From positions 126,294,001 to 126,358,000 of the forward strand of contig OX597815.1 in assembly GCA_951406725.2 (NCBI GenBank): a DNA stretch of 64,000 nucleotides, in the 5' to 3' direction. This document shows, one piece after another, positions 1 through 12,190 of the stretch. The notes under the pieces are model-generated. The model saw only the letters and a program-made list of their open reading frames with translations. It searched no databases and was not told the origin of the DNA. Position 1 is the first letter of the stretch. Each line of letters opens with the position of its first letter. The stretch comes from Octopus vulgaris (taxonomy: Eukaryota). A program made the translations under genes and the position numbers.

Positions 1-228
1 ATCGAAAAGTATGCATACCATTGCGTACTTTGCGCCCCTATGGATGAACCTACAAGTTGGCGCAAACCCTGCCAACTCTTCTAATATTTCAGTCTGAGAG
101 AATACACAGATGGTGTCGCGGACCTTGCAATAGGTCTGCAACACCACCATTCTCTCATCATAGTTTTTTAACCACGCCTTGGGGGCCACAATTCGCCATT
201 CTAAGGCTTTCTTACATTTGGGTGCCAT
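1..228 (-). CDS. ORF1 N-terminus of a Tx1/L1-like non-LTR retrotransposon, running off the left edge
   Basis: Manual translation from the ATG at 228 gives 76 open codons: MAPKCKKALEWRIVAPKAWLKNYDERMVVLQTYCKVRDTICVFSQTEILEELAGFAPTCRFIHRGAKYAMVCILFD. It aligns without gaps to the frame-corrected ORF1 of the element at 58 kb (ERKTVIYKTYNVKNKKIDFVQREAIEKCLRPIWQQTTYITRGSRFGTVEVRF). Confidence 0.65.
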   Translation of the reverse strand, partial: MAPKCKKALEWRIVAPKAWLKNYDERMVVLQTYCKVRDTICVFSQTEILEELAGFAPTCRFIHRGAKYAMVCILFD

Positions 229-761
229 TAATAAAATAAACTAAAATACAAAAGTCCACAACAAAATCACAAATCTTCAAATAAAAGTCTCTAATGCAGA
301 CACAAAAACGAGCAGAAAGACAGACAAGAGAAAAAGAACGAAGGAAGACAGTTCAAATGACAACAAAATTCAACATTGGTAATCCTTTGTAGCACAGTTA
401 AAAATCCCTTGCAACACAAAAATAGCAGCAAAAAATTCCTCCAATTCTGGTTGTACTCCAAATGGTAAAGTCCACGAAGTGCACACAGTCACATAAAATC
501 ATAATCTTTCGGAAGGGCACTCCTCCCGAAAACAAACGCAATTCTCACTAAAAAGTGAGTCTTTTAGTACGGTCACTAGCAAACAAATGTCTGGAACCCA
601 GTGGAGACCCTTGTTCGAAAAAATAATAAACAGTGCGGACAACATACTTCACTAAGCTCCCAAAAAACAAATGCCTTACCTGTTGTCGTACTTCAAATGT
701 TCAGTTCAACGTCAAACGCCGTTACTTTCTCAGTGCGGAAAAACGCGTCCACAACTTAGTA
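1..761 (-). mobile_element. 5' end (5'UTR plus ORF1 start) of a Tx1/L1-like retrotransposon
   Basis: About 530 bp of putative 5'UTR lies upstream of the ORF1-like frame and ends abruptly at a SINE head (762-797). Confidence 0.55.
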
Positions 762-797
762 GTAAGCAAGCTACTTACCACACAGCCACGCCTGCAT
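762..797 (-). mobile_element. Truncated tRNA-derived SINE head
   Basis: The reverse complement GCAGGCGTGGCTGTGTGGTAAGTAGCTTGCTTAC matches the head of the full-length SINE at 52145 (GTTGTGTGGTAAGTAGCTTGCTTAC). Confidence 0.75.
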
Positions 798-1517
798 CTA
801 TTGTATGAATATCTGTATATATGCAGACAGAAAGACAGATGCGAAGTCAAAAGAAATAATTCTTCGTTATCTCTGATTATGTGAAATGAAAACATTTATC
901 GCATTCATATAAATAATCACAGATAATCTCCCCTTTATACTCGATGTTAAGTTCAAGGACTTACATCTAGAGATTCATTGGCCATACAGGAATACATTCT
1001 TTATTATATTTATATATATATATATTCTGCGCTGTCCAAATTTTAATTCTTACCAAGATTATCGCTACTCATCTGGGGGTCGATAAATTACTTACTGGTC
1101 ATATATTGAAATTGATACATTATATAACATAACTTTCTCAGAAACGTATCGCTTGGTGTTAACATATATATAAAATCGATAACTAGTTGATGCCAACACA
1201 TTTATGATTGTAGCTATGTTATTTCTCTTGACTTATTGAAAAAATTTGAACTTCACACACTCCCCCGCACGCATAAAAAACATATTTGATATCTTTTGAT
1301 ATCTTATGCTTATATAAAATATCTATTGAAAAATGTGCTAACAAATACAATACAATAAATATTTCTGAATTCGTCTCCAAGGCAAATATCATTTTTTTAC
1401 ATAATTTTATATCTAAGATTAATTTTCAGTGTGGCATTAAATTGAAATACAAAATATCGTATTTATTGGATGCAGCAAGATGAATATGTGTGTGCGTGTA
1501 TAATATATAGTCGTTTA

Positions 1518-1580
<63 letters not shown>

Positions 1581-1708
1581 TTATTTATCTATCTATCTAT
1601 CTATCTGATAGATCTTAATATAACATCTTAATATAACTTCAACCCATTTGTTTGTATATATATATATACCCCAAGTGTGCATTTTTTCTGTGTTTTTTCT
1701 TTTACTTT

Positions 1709-1922
1709 TCAGTGGTTAGAACGTCGAGCTTACCACCGCGAGGTTGTGAGTTCGAATCCCGGACCGGGCTGCGTGTTGTGTTCTTGAGCAAGAACACTTT
1801 ATTTCACGTTGCTCCAGTTCACTCAGCTGTAGAAATGAGTTGCGACGTCACAGGACTTTTGCTTGGGAGGGTAACTTTCTAGGTGCAATCCCATGGTTAG
1901 TCATGACCGAAGCGGGTCTCAG
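1709..1922 (+). mobile_element. tRNA-derived SINE
   Basis: A-box-like TCAGTGGTTAGA and B-box GAGTTCGAATCC, followed by a body (TTGAGCAAGAACACTTTATTTCACGTTGCTCCAGT) whose TTATTTCACGTTGCTCCAGT part recurs near 45418. Confidence 0.8.
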
Positions 1923-1939
1923 CATATATATATATTATG

Positions 1940-2131
1940 TGCAGAGTCGTTAGCACGCCTAACAAAATACTTTGCGGAATTTTGCCCGTCTTGAAATTCC
2001 GTCAATGTCGACTTCACCTTTCATCATTTTCGATGTCAAGGAAATAAGTACCAGTCGTGCAGGGAGGTCGATGTGATCGACTAGCCTCGCCTTCTCCAAA
2101 ATTTCAGGTCTTGTGCCTAATGTAGAAAGGT
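1940..2131 (+). mobile_element. SINE, second family
   Basis: GCAGAGTCGTTAGCACGCC...CCTTTCATC...AATAAGTACCAGT...GGTCGATGTGATCGACT...CTTGTGCC. Related copies lie at about 3350-3560, 20200-20390, 43235-43450 and 47190-47845. Confidence 0.75.
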
Positions 2132-2138
2132 GAGTGTT

Positions 2139-2231
<93 letters not shown>

Positions 2232-2270
2232 ACAGAGTAACAAATTTTTCCAAACACCGCTTTTCCCAAT

Positions 2271-2306
2271 GTTCTGAAGAAGGGGTCTTCAACCTGAAAT
2301 ATAGAA
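2271..2306 (+). ncRNA. Minimal hammerhead-like motif with weak stem I
   Basis: CTGAAGA, stem II AGG/CCT, GAAA-TA-TA. Stem I has only 2 weak pairs. Confidence 0.3.
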
Positions 2307-3349
2307 ATACAGGGTAAAGCTGCAACTTTGTTCTTTTTTCTTTTCAATTTGTAGTTTACTTTATAACACCTCGCATTGTTCCGGATTTACACAACTACAT
2401 TCTTTATGTGTGTGTGTGTTTATTTCCATTGTCTTGGAACCTCACCCAAAACACCCAAAACAATGTTCTCTTCTAAACAAAACCCAAAAAGAACATCTGT
2501 TTTATATAAATGAACAACTGTACATTCACAAAATTGTATTTGATAAATTCTAGAGAAGAACGAAAGCACTAATAATAATGAAGAAATAAGGATTTTTCCA
2601 AAATTCTGACCTTTTGTTCTCAATATTCAAGTAATGTGTCGAATCTGCTAGTCGAATTTTTGAAACCAGTAAAAGGTTAAAAATAAATGTTTTAAGAGAT
2701 GTTGTTTAGAAAGAAAATAGTCTACCAAGGCATTAAGCACCTAACGTGTTTTACGGATCATTATGCACTTTAAACTTTTCCTTGTGTAAAGGGTACTTTT
2801 TCATGCCCGCGTTATCTTTGCTGTGAAAAGCAGCAGATATTAAGGTGTGGATTAATTTATTATTTTCGCCCATCCTTTCGTGTTTCAGTAGGAATAACCT
2901 TCGTTGAGATAACTCGTTGAGATAACTCGTAGAGATGACTTGTAGGGATATAGTGTTATCAGTTTGCTAAATCAAAATTTTTTTAGAATATTGAATGAGT
3001 TTTATTAAACATTGTTTCTTGCTCTGCGAATTTTTCATTTGTGCATTTCAGTTGATATCATTTCATAATCAGAAATGTAATTAAGCTAATTTGTATTAAG
3101 AGATTGACTGATACATATTAAGAACTAATAATTCTCCACAAGTTATGTTATATATTGTTTCAATCTGTGTAAAAGTTATCAGAATACTGTGTTGATAAAT
3201 ATACGTACATAAATATGAATCATACCAAATATGATTATGTTTTATTTTCTATAACCGTCTTTAATTCTAAATAAGATAATTATAAATGTACTCTCTAATT
3301 ATTCTCTAATTACAGATAATTCTATATAAATATAAAATCTCTTTATCGC

Positions 3350-3560
3350 AAAGGTGGCAAGCTGGTAGATGCGTTAGCACGTCGAACAAAACTGTTTAGA
3401 GGTGTTTCTTTTGGCTCTTTACATTCTGAGTTCAAATCACGCCGAGATTAACTTTACCTTTCATCCTTTTGAGGTCGATATAATAAAGTACCAGTAAAGT
3501 ATCGATGTCGATGCAATCCACTTGCCTCCTTCCCTCAAGATTGTTACCTTGGACCCTGCA
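3350..3560 (+). mobile_element. SINE, second family
   Basis: GGTGGCAAGCTGGTAGATGCGTTAGCACG...CTGAGTTCAAAT...CCTTTCATCC...GGTCGATA. Confidence 0.7.
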
Positions 3561-5503
3561 ACCGACTAGCATCGCAACCAATGGAAATCTTGTGATCTCA
3601 GTCATTTATATGCGATGGAAACTGGGTAACCGGTCTTATGGGTCCTGGGGCTCGTGAAAAACCTTAACCGGTGACCTACTGCCACAGATATATTGCTGTA
3701 TCAATGACTTATGAAAGAGAGAGAGAGAATATATTAATAAATGTGAGTGCGTCTACGAGGAAATATCAATATAAAAGCTTACGATGTTCGCTTTAGTCGA
3801 TCTTCATCGGAACCCAACTAAATGCATTCCTTCTTATAGTTGCCTTTACATCACCACCTTCAGTAATCTATCATCGAATACAGGTTGAATATAGTCGTTT
3901 CATCGCAGTGTGTAATATAACAACTCAGGATCAACGCTGTTGAATCTGGTCCAGTCAGAGAAGTTTGTTATGCATAACATGGCCTTGCCATCGTATGCCA
4001 AAGATGGTTCACAGTTTTGTTTCATTGAAGTGTTCCAGCACTTATACATTTTTCTGTGCAAGAGAATTATGAAGACAAGCGCTTTGTAAACCATCAACTT
4101 ACGATGATACATATCTTGATCCCGTCGCAGCAGAAGAATCTTTGAAGCAGTTTCCAGAAGGCAGCATATGCAAGAGAAATACGATTAGAGTTGTATTGTT
4201 AATGAATTTATTGGAGTCAAGAAGATAACGAAAATTACTGGCACAATATAGACGAGTTGTCTGGACTAATATTTCAAAGGGATCTTAGTCTTGGTTAAAT
4301 GAAGCTTCTATTAACAAGGCATCTTACTTCTCACAATATGGAAACATTTCTCATAGCACCAATAGATTAAATGGAAAAGGAGTTGCACCGGAGGATAGCG
4401 AGGGATAGTCACAAACAGCTTTGGTTCTTTGTTCTCGTCTTTTCCATTTTTAGGCCTGCGTGTGTAGTCTGCATTTTTGTATTTATTTAACTATGACTTT
4501 AGTTTGTATGCACGTGTATGTGTGTGTATGCGTGAGTGTATGTGTGTGTGTATGTATGTGTGTGCGCGCAGCAGTGTGTCAGCGCGCGAACGTGTGTGTA
4601 TCAATGAGTGAGTGTGCGTAATGGTGTACAATTTTTTTGTTGCATGTGTAAGAGTGTATTAGTTTTTGCATGTAGGTAGTATTTTGAAACTATTTGTAGA
4701 TTTTTTTAAGATTTACGGAATGAGATGACTGGGCGCAACTGCTTGGACGCTGACGATTTGGCATGGCTAACTAGATACTGAACCTATTTTGATGACAGTA
4801 TATTTTTAGCCCTAGAAGCGAACAGACGCGTGCGCCCGGAAATGTACACATACAGACTAAATCAGGGAGAGAGAGAAATTTCAATTTATAACTTCAATAC
4901 ATATGACATAAGTACTTTGCCTCCCCTCATACACATAAAAATAAATATACTCACACACATAGAAAAAAATTAAGGAAGGAAGGAGAGATAGAGGAGGAAG
5001 AGAACGAGATAAACATTAAAACGTCTAATGTAAAATAAGTCAGCGTCGAAACAGCAATGGCAAATAGATCGGGACAAAATAGTCGAGTTAAAATATTTCA
5101 CATCCAGTCACATAGGTTTCTTAAGATTTGTAATGCATCGTTTATGTACTTCTATTACATACGTAACAGCATATATCGTACCCGTTTTTTATACATTTTA
5201 CGTGTTCAGTGCTTGTTTATGCATGTGTGTGCATATATATGTGTGTACTTCAATCAAGTTATTTATTTGTTATGAGCTTTTTGAAGATATAATGGTATAT
5301 TAACATGGTAGCTGAAACAAAGATTAAAGTTTCAACTCTCTTGTGATATGTATTTTATGATAGATATTATATTGTTGTGTGTCATAAATAACGGTACATA
5401 ACATAACGGTCGAGATATATAAATGTAATGAAATATCAGTACTAAGATATGATAAAATGTTGTAGATAGATACATATACATAGACTGATAGATAAGCAAA
5501 TAT

Positions 5504-5569
<66 letters not shown>

Positions 5570-5700
5570 GGAGTAAACACATAAATGTGAGACAAGGTGA
5601 AAAAAGAGTACTCAAATACCAGTGGTAGAGTAATATGCTTTATTTAAAGCAGCAGAAAATTCAACAAAACCTGTTACTCTGAGTTTCACGTTGCCGTTCG

Positions 5701-5747
<47 letters not shown>

Positions 5748-5879
5748 TGACGTGAATTTGCTACCAAGGTATCGGTTAACCGAATTATCCATACTAAGAT
5801 AATTCATTCAACTACTTATATATATGTATGTATATGATATATGTGTATGTATGTATATATATATATGTATATATGTATG

Positions 5880-6085
5880 TATTTGTGTGCCTGCGTTTGT
5901 CCCCTCACCATCGCTTGATAACCGAAGTTGGTGTGTTTACGTTCCCGTAAACAGCGGTTCGGCAAAAGACTGATAGAATAAGTACTACGCTTACAAAGAA
6001 TAAGTCCTGGTGTCGATTTGTTCGACTAAAGGCGTTGCTCCAGCATGGCCACAGTCAAATTACTGAAACAAGTAAAAGAATAAAC
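5880..6085 (+). mobile_element. SINE 3' half (same family as 52145)
   Basis: AGCGGTTCGGCAAAAGAC...GATAGAATAAGTACT...GCTCCAGCATGGCCACAGTCAAAT.ACTGAAACAAGTAAAAG. Confidence 0.8.
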
Positions 6086-6111
6086 GAATAAACAATATAT
6101 ATACATACATG

Positions 6112-6153
<42 letters not shown>

Positions 6154-7115
6154 TGCAAATATTGCGCTGTCTGTACATATACAAGATGAAGAACACAAAC
6201 CTTCTATAATGTAACTTAGTAAATAGCGTTTTTCTCCAGTGATAACAAATTCAGTAATTTATTGAAGAAAACATTTATTCAACAAAAAAGTCCCCTAATT
6301 CGAAATATCTTTATAGTGTTCGTTCTTCCATATGTATGATTCAAACATTTCGAACACATCTTCTATAAGACATAAATTAAAATTACTGCATTCTAAAACA
6401 TACACGAAAATGTTATTTCCTTTTTAAAGAAAGAAATTTATAACAAAAATTTTAAATTATTTATCAGCGAAACTTCATGAAAAATAGCTGAAATGAAATT
6501 CAATTCTACCGTATCCCCACAAGGTTATATAATGGCGCTGTACACGATGCATAAGTAAATCCGAAGGAAATAAAGAAACAATAGTCTAGCAGTGTGGTGA
6601 CAAAATTGGGAAATTTAATGTATTGATATCCTTCCTTTGAGACGTGTATAATATTTGTCAAAATGAATAGAAAGATAGAGAGAAAGATGAATGGGAAGGA
6701 AAACGAAAAGGAAAATAGACACATAAAATCATAACTGTTGTATTGGGATTTGCGTTTCATTCTACATCGATTTACACAGACCATTTTATACTTCTTTATG
6801 ATGGTATATATCTAAAAGTTGTCAACCAAAAATAGAGCCCATCTCTTTACAAGTAACGCTCATCCAGGTCTTGTAACTTGCCCGAACCAATGTAACTCTT
6901 TCATGCCAGACGTCCCGATCAAGCAATGAGGCATAAATGTCTGGTCTGAGTTTTAGTCATATTGGTCTTTCGCTAACTGAAATATCTCATTTAAGGAAAA
7001 AAAGATTTTAAGAAAAAAAATCCTTAAATTTTTATTTCTTAAATTTTTACTCCTTAAATTTTTAATATTCAGTTATTATTTTTATTTATTATTTGTATTT
7101 CTATTCATTTGTACA

Positions 7116-7358
7116 TGTTAAGTAAGATTATAGGGAAGATATAGAGTATCATGGAAGTATATAAGAGGTAGGGATAGTGAAAAATGTTAAGAAATCCAGA
7201 CCTGAAGATTGGGAGTATGTCAACCTGAGTAAGTATTGAAACTAGATACATCGTATCTAATCAATACCGACGTACTTTCATGAAACACGTGTGGTCTTAT
7301 AAACGGAAAATACAGTATTCAGAATAGATATAGTTAGTAAGAGATTTAATATTTAACA
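7116..7358 (+). mobile_element. Putative solo-LTR-like unit (TG...CA) carrying a hammerhead-like fold
   Basis: Inverted termini TGTTAAGTA / TATTTAACA, an internal TATATAAG, and the fold at 7198-7297. No target-site duplication found. Confidence 0.4.
7198..7297 (+). ncRNA. Type-I hammerhead-like fold with extended stem II (cleavage triplet GUG)
   Basis: Stem I AGAC/GTCT; core CTGAAGA (7202-7208); stem II TGGGAGTATGTC/GACGTACTTTCA (12 bp including G-U), then GTATTGA/TCAATAC and TAGATAC/GTATCTA; GAAAC (7282-7286); palindromic stem III ACACGTGT. Confidence 0.65.
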
Positions 7359-7714
7359 TTTTATGGAGTGGTCGGTTATAAAATATTTCAATGTTGATTG
7401 AAGGTGTTTCTGGCTTTAAAATTACTTTTATATATATGAATTAAACATTGAGAGATGTTCATTTCATTACATCTAATTTGAATGTACTCGGAAGTAATAT
7501 TCCCTAATAATTATAATATTATAATTATATTATATTATATATATATTTATATATATGCGTGTATGTATGTGAGTTGGAGCAGTGACTCTAGAGCCGAGAT
7601 GCTTAAGCATAGCACATCGACTTAACAAGTTACAAAATTTTAATGCATGGTGCATATCAAGTTTGATATGCTTGTGTGTGTTTGTTTCTTTAGTCAACAT
7701 GTAATGTTCTATAT

Positions 7715-8472
7715 CGGTGGTCCCCAATTTGAGATCTGCGGATCCCTGGTGGTCCGCAAAGGTAATACTGGAGATCTGTGAACTAAATTCAAAATTTCAG
7801 TCCCAATCACTGCTATAATCCATAACGAGCCAATTTTAAGTCACTTGACTATTTAACACACTACTTTCATACTACCTACATTCCTTCTTATTCTCCCTTC
7901 TCTTTCTTCCGCCTCCTTCCTAACTTTACCACTATTGCTGTTTAGAATAACATCTACACAAATTTTATAAACAAATCACTCAAAAGAGATGTTTCAGGAA
8001 TTCAACAATTACTACTACCATCCACGGTGGGTCACTTGACCATTCTACTACCATCCACAGTGGGCAGTTGACCATTTAACATACTATTGTCATGGCACTC
8101 CCACATTCTTCTTCTTCTTCTTCTTCTTCTTCTTCTTCTCCTCCTCCTCATCTTCCGTCTCCTCCCCTTCTTCTTCTTCTTCTTCTTCTTCTTCTTCTTC
8201 TTCTTCTTCCCTACCAAGAATTCGCAACAACGTCGAACCCACAAGAGTAAACAAGAGAGACAGGCAGAAACAAGGAAAATGCCACTTGTATTTGAACACT
8301 ATTCATATATTCTTTAAAAAAAACTTTTCTTTTAATTTTTCCAAACTTTAATTGTTTTCCATACTTACAGTTGAAAAAGTCTCAATGACTGAAACCGGTA
8401 CTGAAACGTTTTTTATAAAATTATTTTAGCATTTTCTATCTTGACCTTTTTTGCACACACACACACACACAC

Positions 8473-8543
<71 letters not shown>

Positions 8544-8784
8544 GTTGAGGTGTGTTCTGATAAGAACGTATAAGAGTACAAATAGAGCTTGTTCACCCTT
8601 AGAATTCCCAAATAGCCGGAAATACATATAGATCTTCTTATACAGGTAAATCGTTACATTATTGAATTTAAACTTAACTTTAAATGCTGTAAATACGAGG
8701 ATCTGTATGTATCGAAACATTTGTAGTGATTAAAAAGCTGCCTAACCGTACTTACTCTTCCTTTTAGCTCTTTTACTTTTTACT

Positions 8785-8859
<75 letters not shown>

Positions 8860-8924
8860 AGGATAACCATATTAAAAGGGGTCTGTGCGGAAACTCATTT
8901 AAATAAAAGGGTTGGGAATCACTG
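7715..8924. mobile_element. Non-autonomous hAT (Buster/Charlie-type) element
   Basis: Degenerate TIRs CGGTGGTCCCCAA / TTGGGAATCACTG and a perfect 8-bp TSD TTCTATAT (7707-7714 and 8925-8932) with central TA. Confidence 0.8.
8368..8403 (+). ncRNA. Degenerate minimal type-I hammerhead (core mutated)
   Basis: CAG-TTGAAAA-AGTC(TCAAT)GACT-GAAAC-CG-GTA-CTG. All three stems pair, but CTGAAGA reads TTGAAAA. Confidence 0.5.
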
Positions 8925-11900
8925 TTCTATATTTTAAAAGACGAAAAGGAGAATGTGGTATCTGAGATCTACAACTCTCTATCATCATGAAAATTATCGG
9001 TTTAAGAGACAACAAACCACCGTGCTCATGACTTAATTATTTATGAATTATATTTTAATTATACATAAATATGGACAACAACTGAATACTAATCAAGATA
9101 GAAATCTCTGTCAGTGAGTTTCATTTTCATGGCAATCTTAATATCTAATAAAAAAAATATATGTATGTATATCATTTGGATGTTTTTCTTTCCCCGAAGA
9201 ACTTTAAATTTCCCGAGAGAAAAATGGCAATTAATAGATAAAACTATAAAAAGAAATTAATCATATAAATTGCAAATCATTTTTAGGGCAATATTTACAT
9301 TGAACGTGGACGCACATTTTCCAAGAAAATTCCATCGTAGACTTTCATCGTCCTATTTATGTTTAATAAACGATGCTGGGAGATGTTAAATATTTACTGT
9401 ACGGCTTAGAAATAAATATTAGCTCTTTTGCTATCCAATGCAAGACTTCATAAGAGGTTATGATGCTGATATCTAAAGTTGGGACAAGGCTACACGTTTA
9501 AATCCATCTTAGTTCTTGGCTAGCGATTATGTTTATCGATTTCAGGAGGGGGAAAATCAAAACTGACTTTAGTCGAGCGCTTAATATTTGGCTTTACAAC
9601 TACTTGGTTTCTTGTTTAATCCTATGGTGCGACCTTTGGGCTAATAAATGTTTCGATCAACGAAAATCATTAGACTTAAATTTGGAAGACAAAAACTGTG
9701 TAGAAGCAGTCAATAGAGCCATTATTGCTCTTGTCTAGGAGACATAACCTGCCGCTCCGGTATAACACGGGGAATTGCCTTACTACATTTGTTCCGACTC
9801 TCTGCACTCTGAGTTCAAATTCCGCTGTGAGCAACTTCACCTTTTATACTTTCGTGGACGAGTAAAGTGTATCAGTCCATATCCGTATGCTGGTAAAAAC
9901 ACAGGACTGGAAGCTTTACTGTATTTGCCCCGACCCTTCATGTTCTTGTGGTGGTGGCGGCGGTGGCGGTAACAGCGGTGGTGGCATGGATGATGATGAT
10001 GAAGAGGAGGAGGAGGATATAGTTCAAGCATTAGTTAGCTTGAATCTGAATAATATTTAGTTTCGATTTCAGCTCCAATCTCGATGAGATTAGCTTTCAT
10101 CTCTTCGGGGGTAATTAATTACCATTTGTATAAATTATAAAATATATTGAAGGAGAGTCGATCGACAACACGCTTTCCGTTCCGTTTATTTACCTGGCCA
10201 AACCTTAATGAATGTTTTACTTTATTATTTATAATAATTTCATGAGCTTTCCTCTCATAAATAATTAAATTATAGTTTATTTAAATTTGTAAAAGAGATA
10301 TTGAAAATTAACTATACCTGCATTATGAAATCGGGTATATCTGTTTAGGCATAAATTTCGGCAAGCCGTTAGCCGAATATATGCGTATGTTTCAGTACGT
10401 GTTTGAGTTTGAGAGTGTGTATGTATTTTTGATTTATTGTGTGCCTCCTTCTTTGGGCTTTATTTATTAGAAATGTGAAGAGCTTAGTAAAACAAAATTA
10501 GGTTCAATACAACCAATCTTATTTATAAGAGTAACCTGATAAACTAACATAAATTTATTTCCTAGAGTAATCATATACAATTTGATGTAGGTTTAACTGC
10601 TAAATAATTTTTTTAAGTGTCTATTTATAACATTACGATTATTTTATGTCTTTTTTGTTTCTTAAGCAGAGAATATTCATCTCTATAGTAAATCGGTGAA
10701 TAAAGAGTAGAAACATATCCACGGTATTTGTGAGTTCAAATGATAACATGTCGCTAAATTCCAATATGTTATTACAGTGCAGTAAATCCTGGTGGTGTAA
10801 ACTTGCATATATGTACAGTATAATTTATTACTTATGTTATTTATGTAATTATATAATTGACTACTTTTTTCTTATGAAATAGCTAAGCACAATAACATTA
10901 TGAATCATGTGAAATGTAAGCTCTTTCCTTTTTAATTAAAATAGTTATTATTAAGTTATCGTAATTTGTCATAACATTGATTTTTGAAGCACATATCAAA
11001 TTCAGCTTTCTTCTTAAAGTACAAATCAAAATTCACTGTATTGTTTTAGTTATATATATTTTTGTTCTATAATTGAATAAAATAAGATTTTTTGATGATA
11101 ATGATTAGAAAAATGTCAGAGAAATTTATCAACTTGCAAGCCTATAAAAACAATGCCTATGGGCTTTTTCTAACTCACCAATTAATCACAATTATTTATT
11201 GACGAGGTGCTACGAATATTTTTAAAATTATATTAGCTCTTTATTTCTGCAAAAGTAACCAAAGACTTGTCTCTGTTACCAACACTGTGTTAATATAACA
11301 GGAATTGCAAAAATAAATGATTACCTCCTGTACATTCAAATAGTAAAAATAGCCTTTAAAAAACATTAACTATAATTGTCCATTAAGTGGATTCGTTTTA
11401 AAAATTACTTAAACAGAACAAAATTATTTCAACAGAACTCTGTGCTGGATCCCATATTTAGACATTTCTTTTCAAAAATGTCTAAATATGTGGTTCCAAC
11501 ATAAAATTCTTTTCTTTGCTTTCTTTTTCTTTTTATTATTCTGTTAATAGTTATCGGATAGCTTTTTACGTTTCACATTATTATTATTAATTTGCTGATG
11601 TGTGCCAGATACAATAGAGAACTGAATAAAAGGCCATGCGATGTTTGATAACGCTTCTTTTCGTTATGAATTCAAAACCCATCGTGATCGACTTTTTAAT
11701 ATCTCATCATTTTGAATTTCCTTTAAAAAAAGTTGGGTTCTGTGACCGATAAGGGTTGATTAAAAGAATGCGTAGTCCTATGTCAAATTTAGAAATCATT
11801 ATTACAACTGATATGTCGATATTAACAACTTAAATAATTTTCGAGCTGTAAGTTTTAAAGATATTGTTTCAGATGAACGAGCGTAAGTCAAAACTTGGCT

Positions 11901-11953
11901 ACTTTGCTGTCATTCAGAAATGTATGAAACAATGCATAGCCATTTTTCTCACA

Positions 11954-11984
<31 letters not shown>

Positions 11985-11988
<4 letters not shown>

Positions 11989-12190
11989 TACAAGACCTCA
12001 AATTTAGAGGATGAGTTTAGTCGATTATATAAATTTCAGTGTTTGGCTGTTACTTTTTAAAAATATATCTCGGGAGAGTATAAATCAGAGTTGAAGTCAA
12101 TGGTGTTTGAATTCGGAACTTAAAGAGACGTAACTAAATATAACAACGCATTTTGTCTGACACTCTTACGAGTCTACCAATCTGCCGCCT
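11985..12190 (-). mobile_element. Degraded SINE, second family
   Basis: AGTCGATTATAT...TTTGAATTCGGAAC...GCATTTTGTCTGACACTC...TCTGCCGCCT resembles the copies at 43235 and 47400. Confidence 0.55.

Noticed and set aside
1709-1770. tRNA-like sequence
   Set aside because: It continues into a SINE body and has no complete cloverleaf or terminator, so it is a SINE head.
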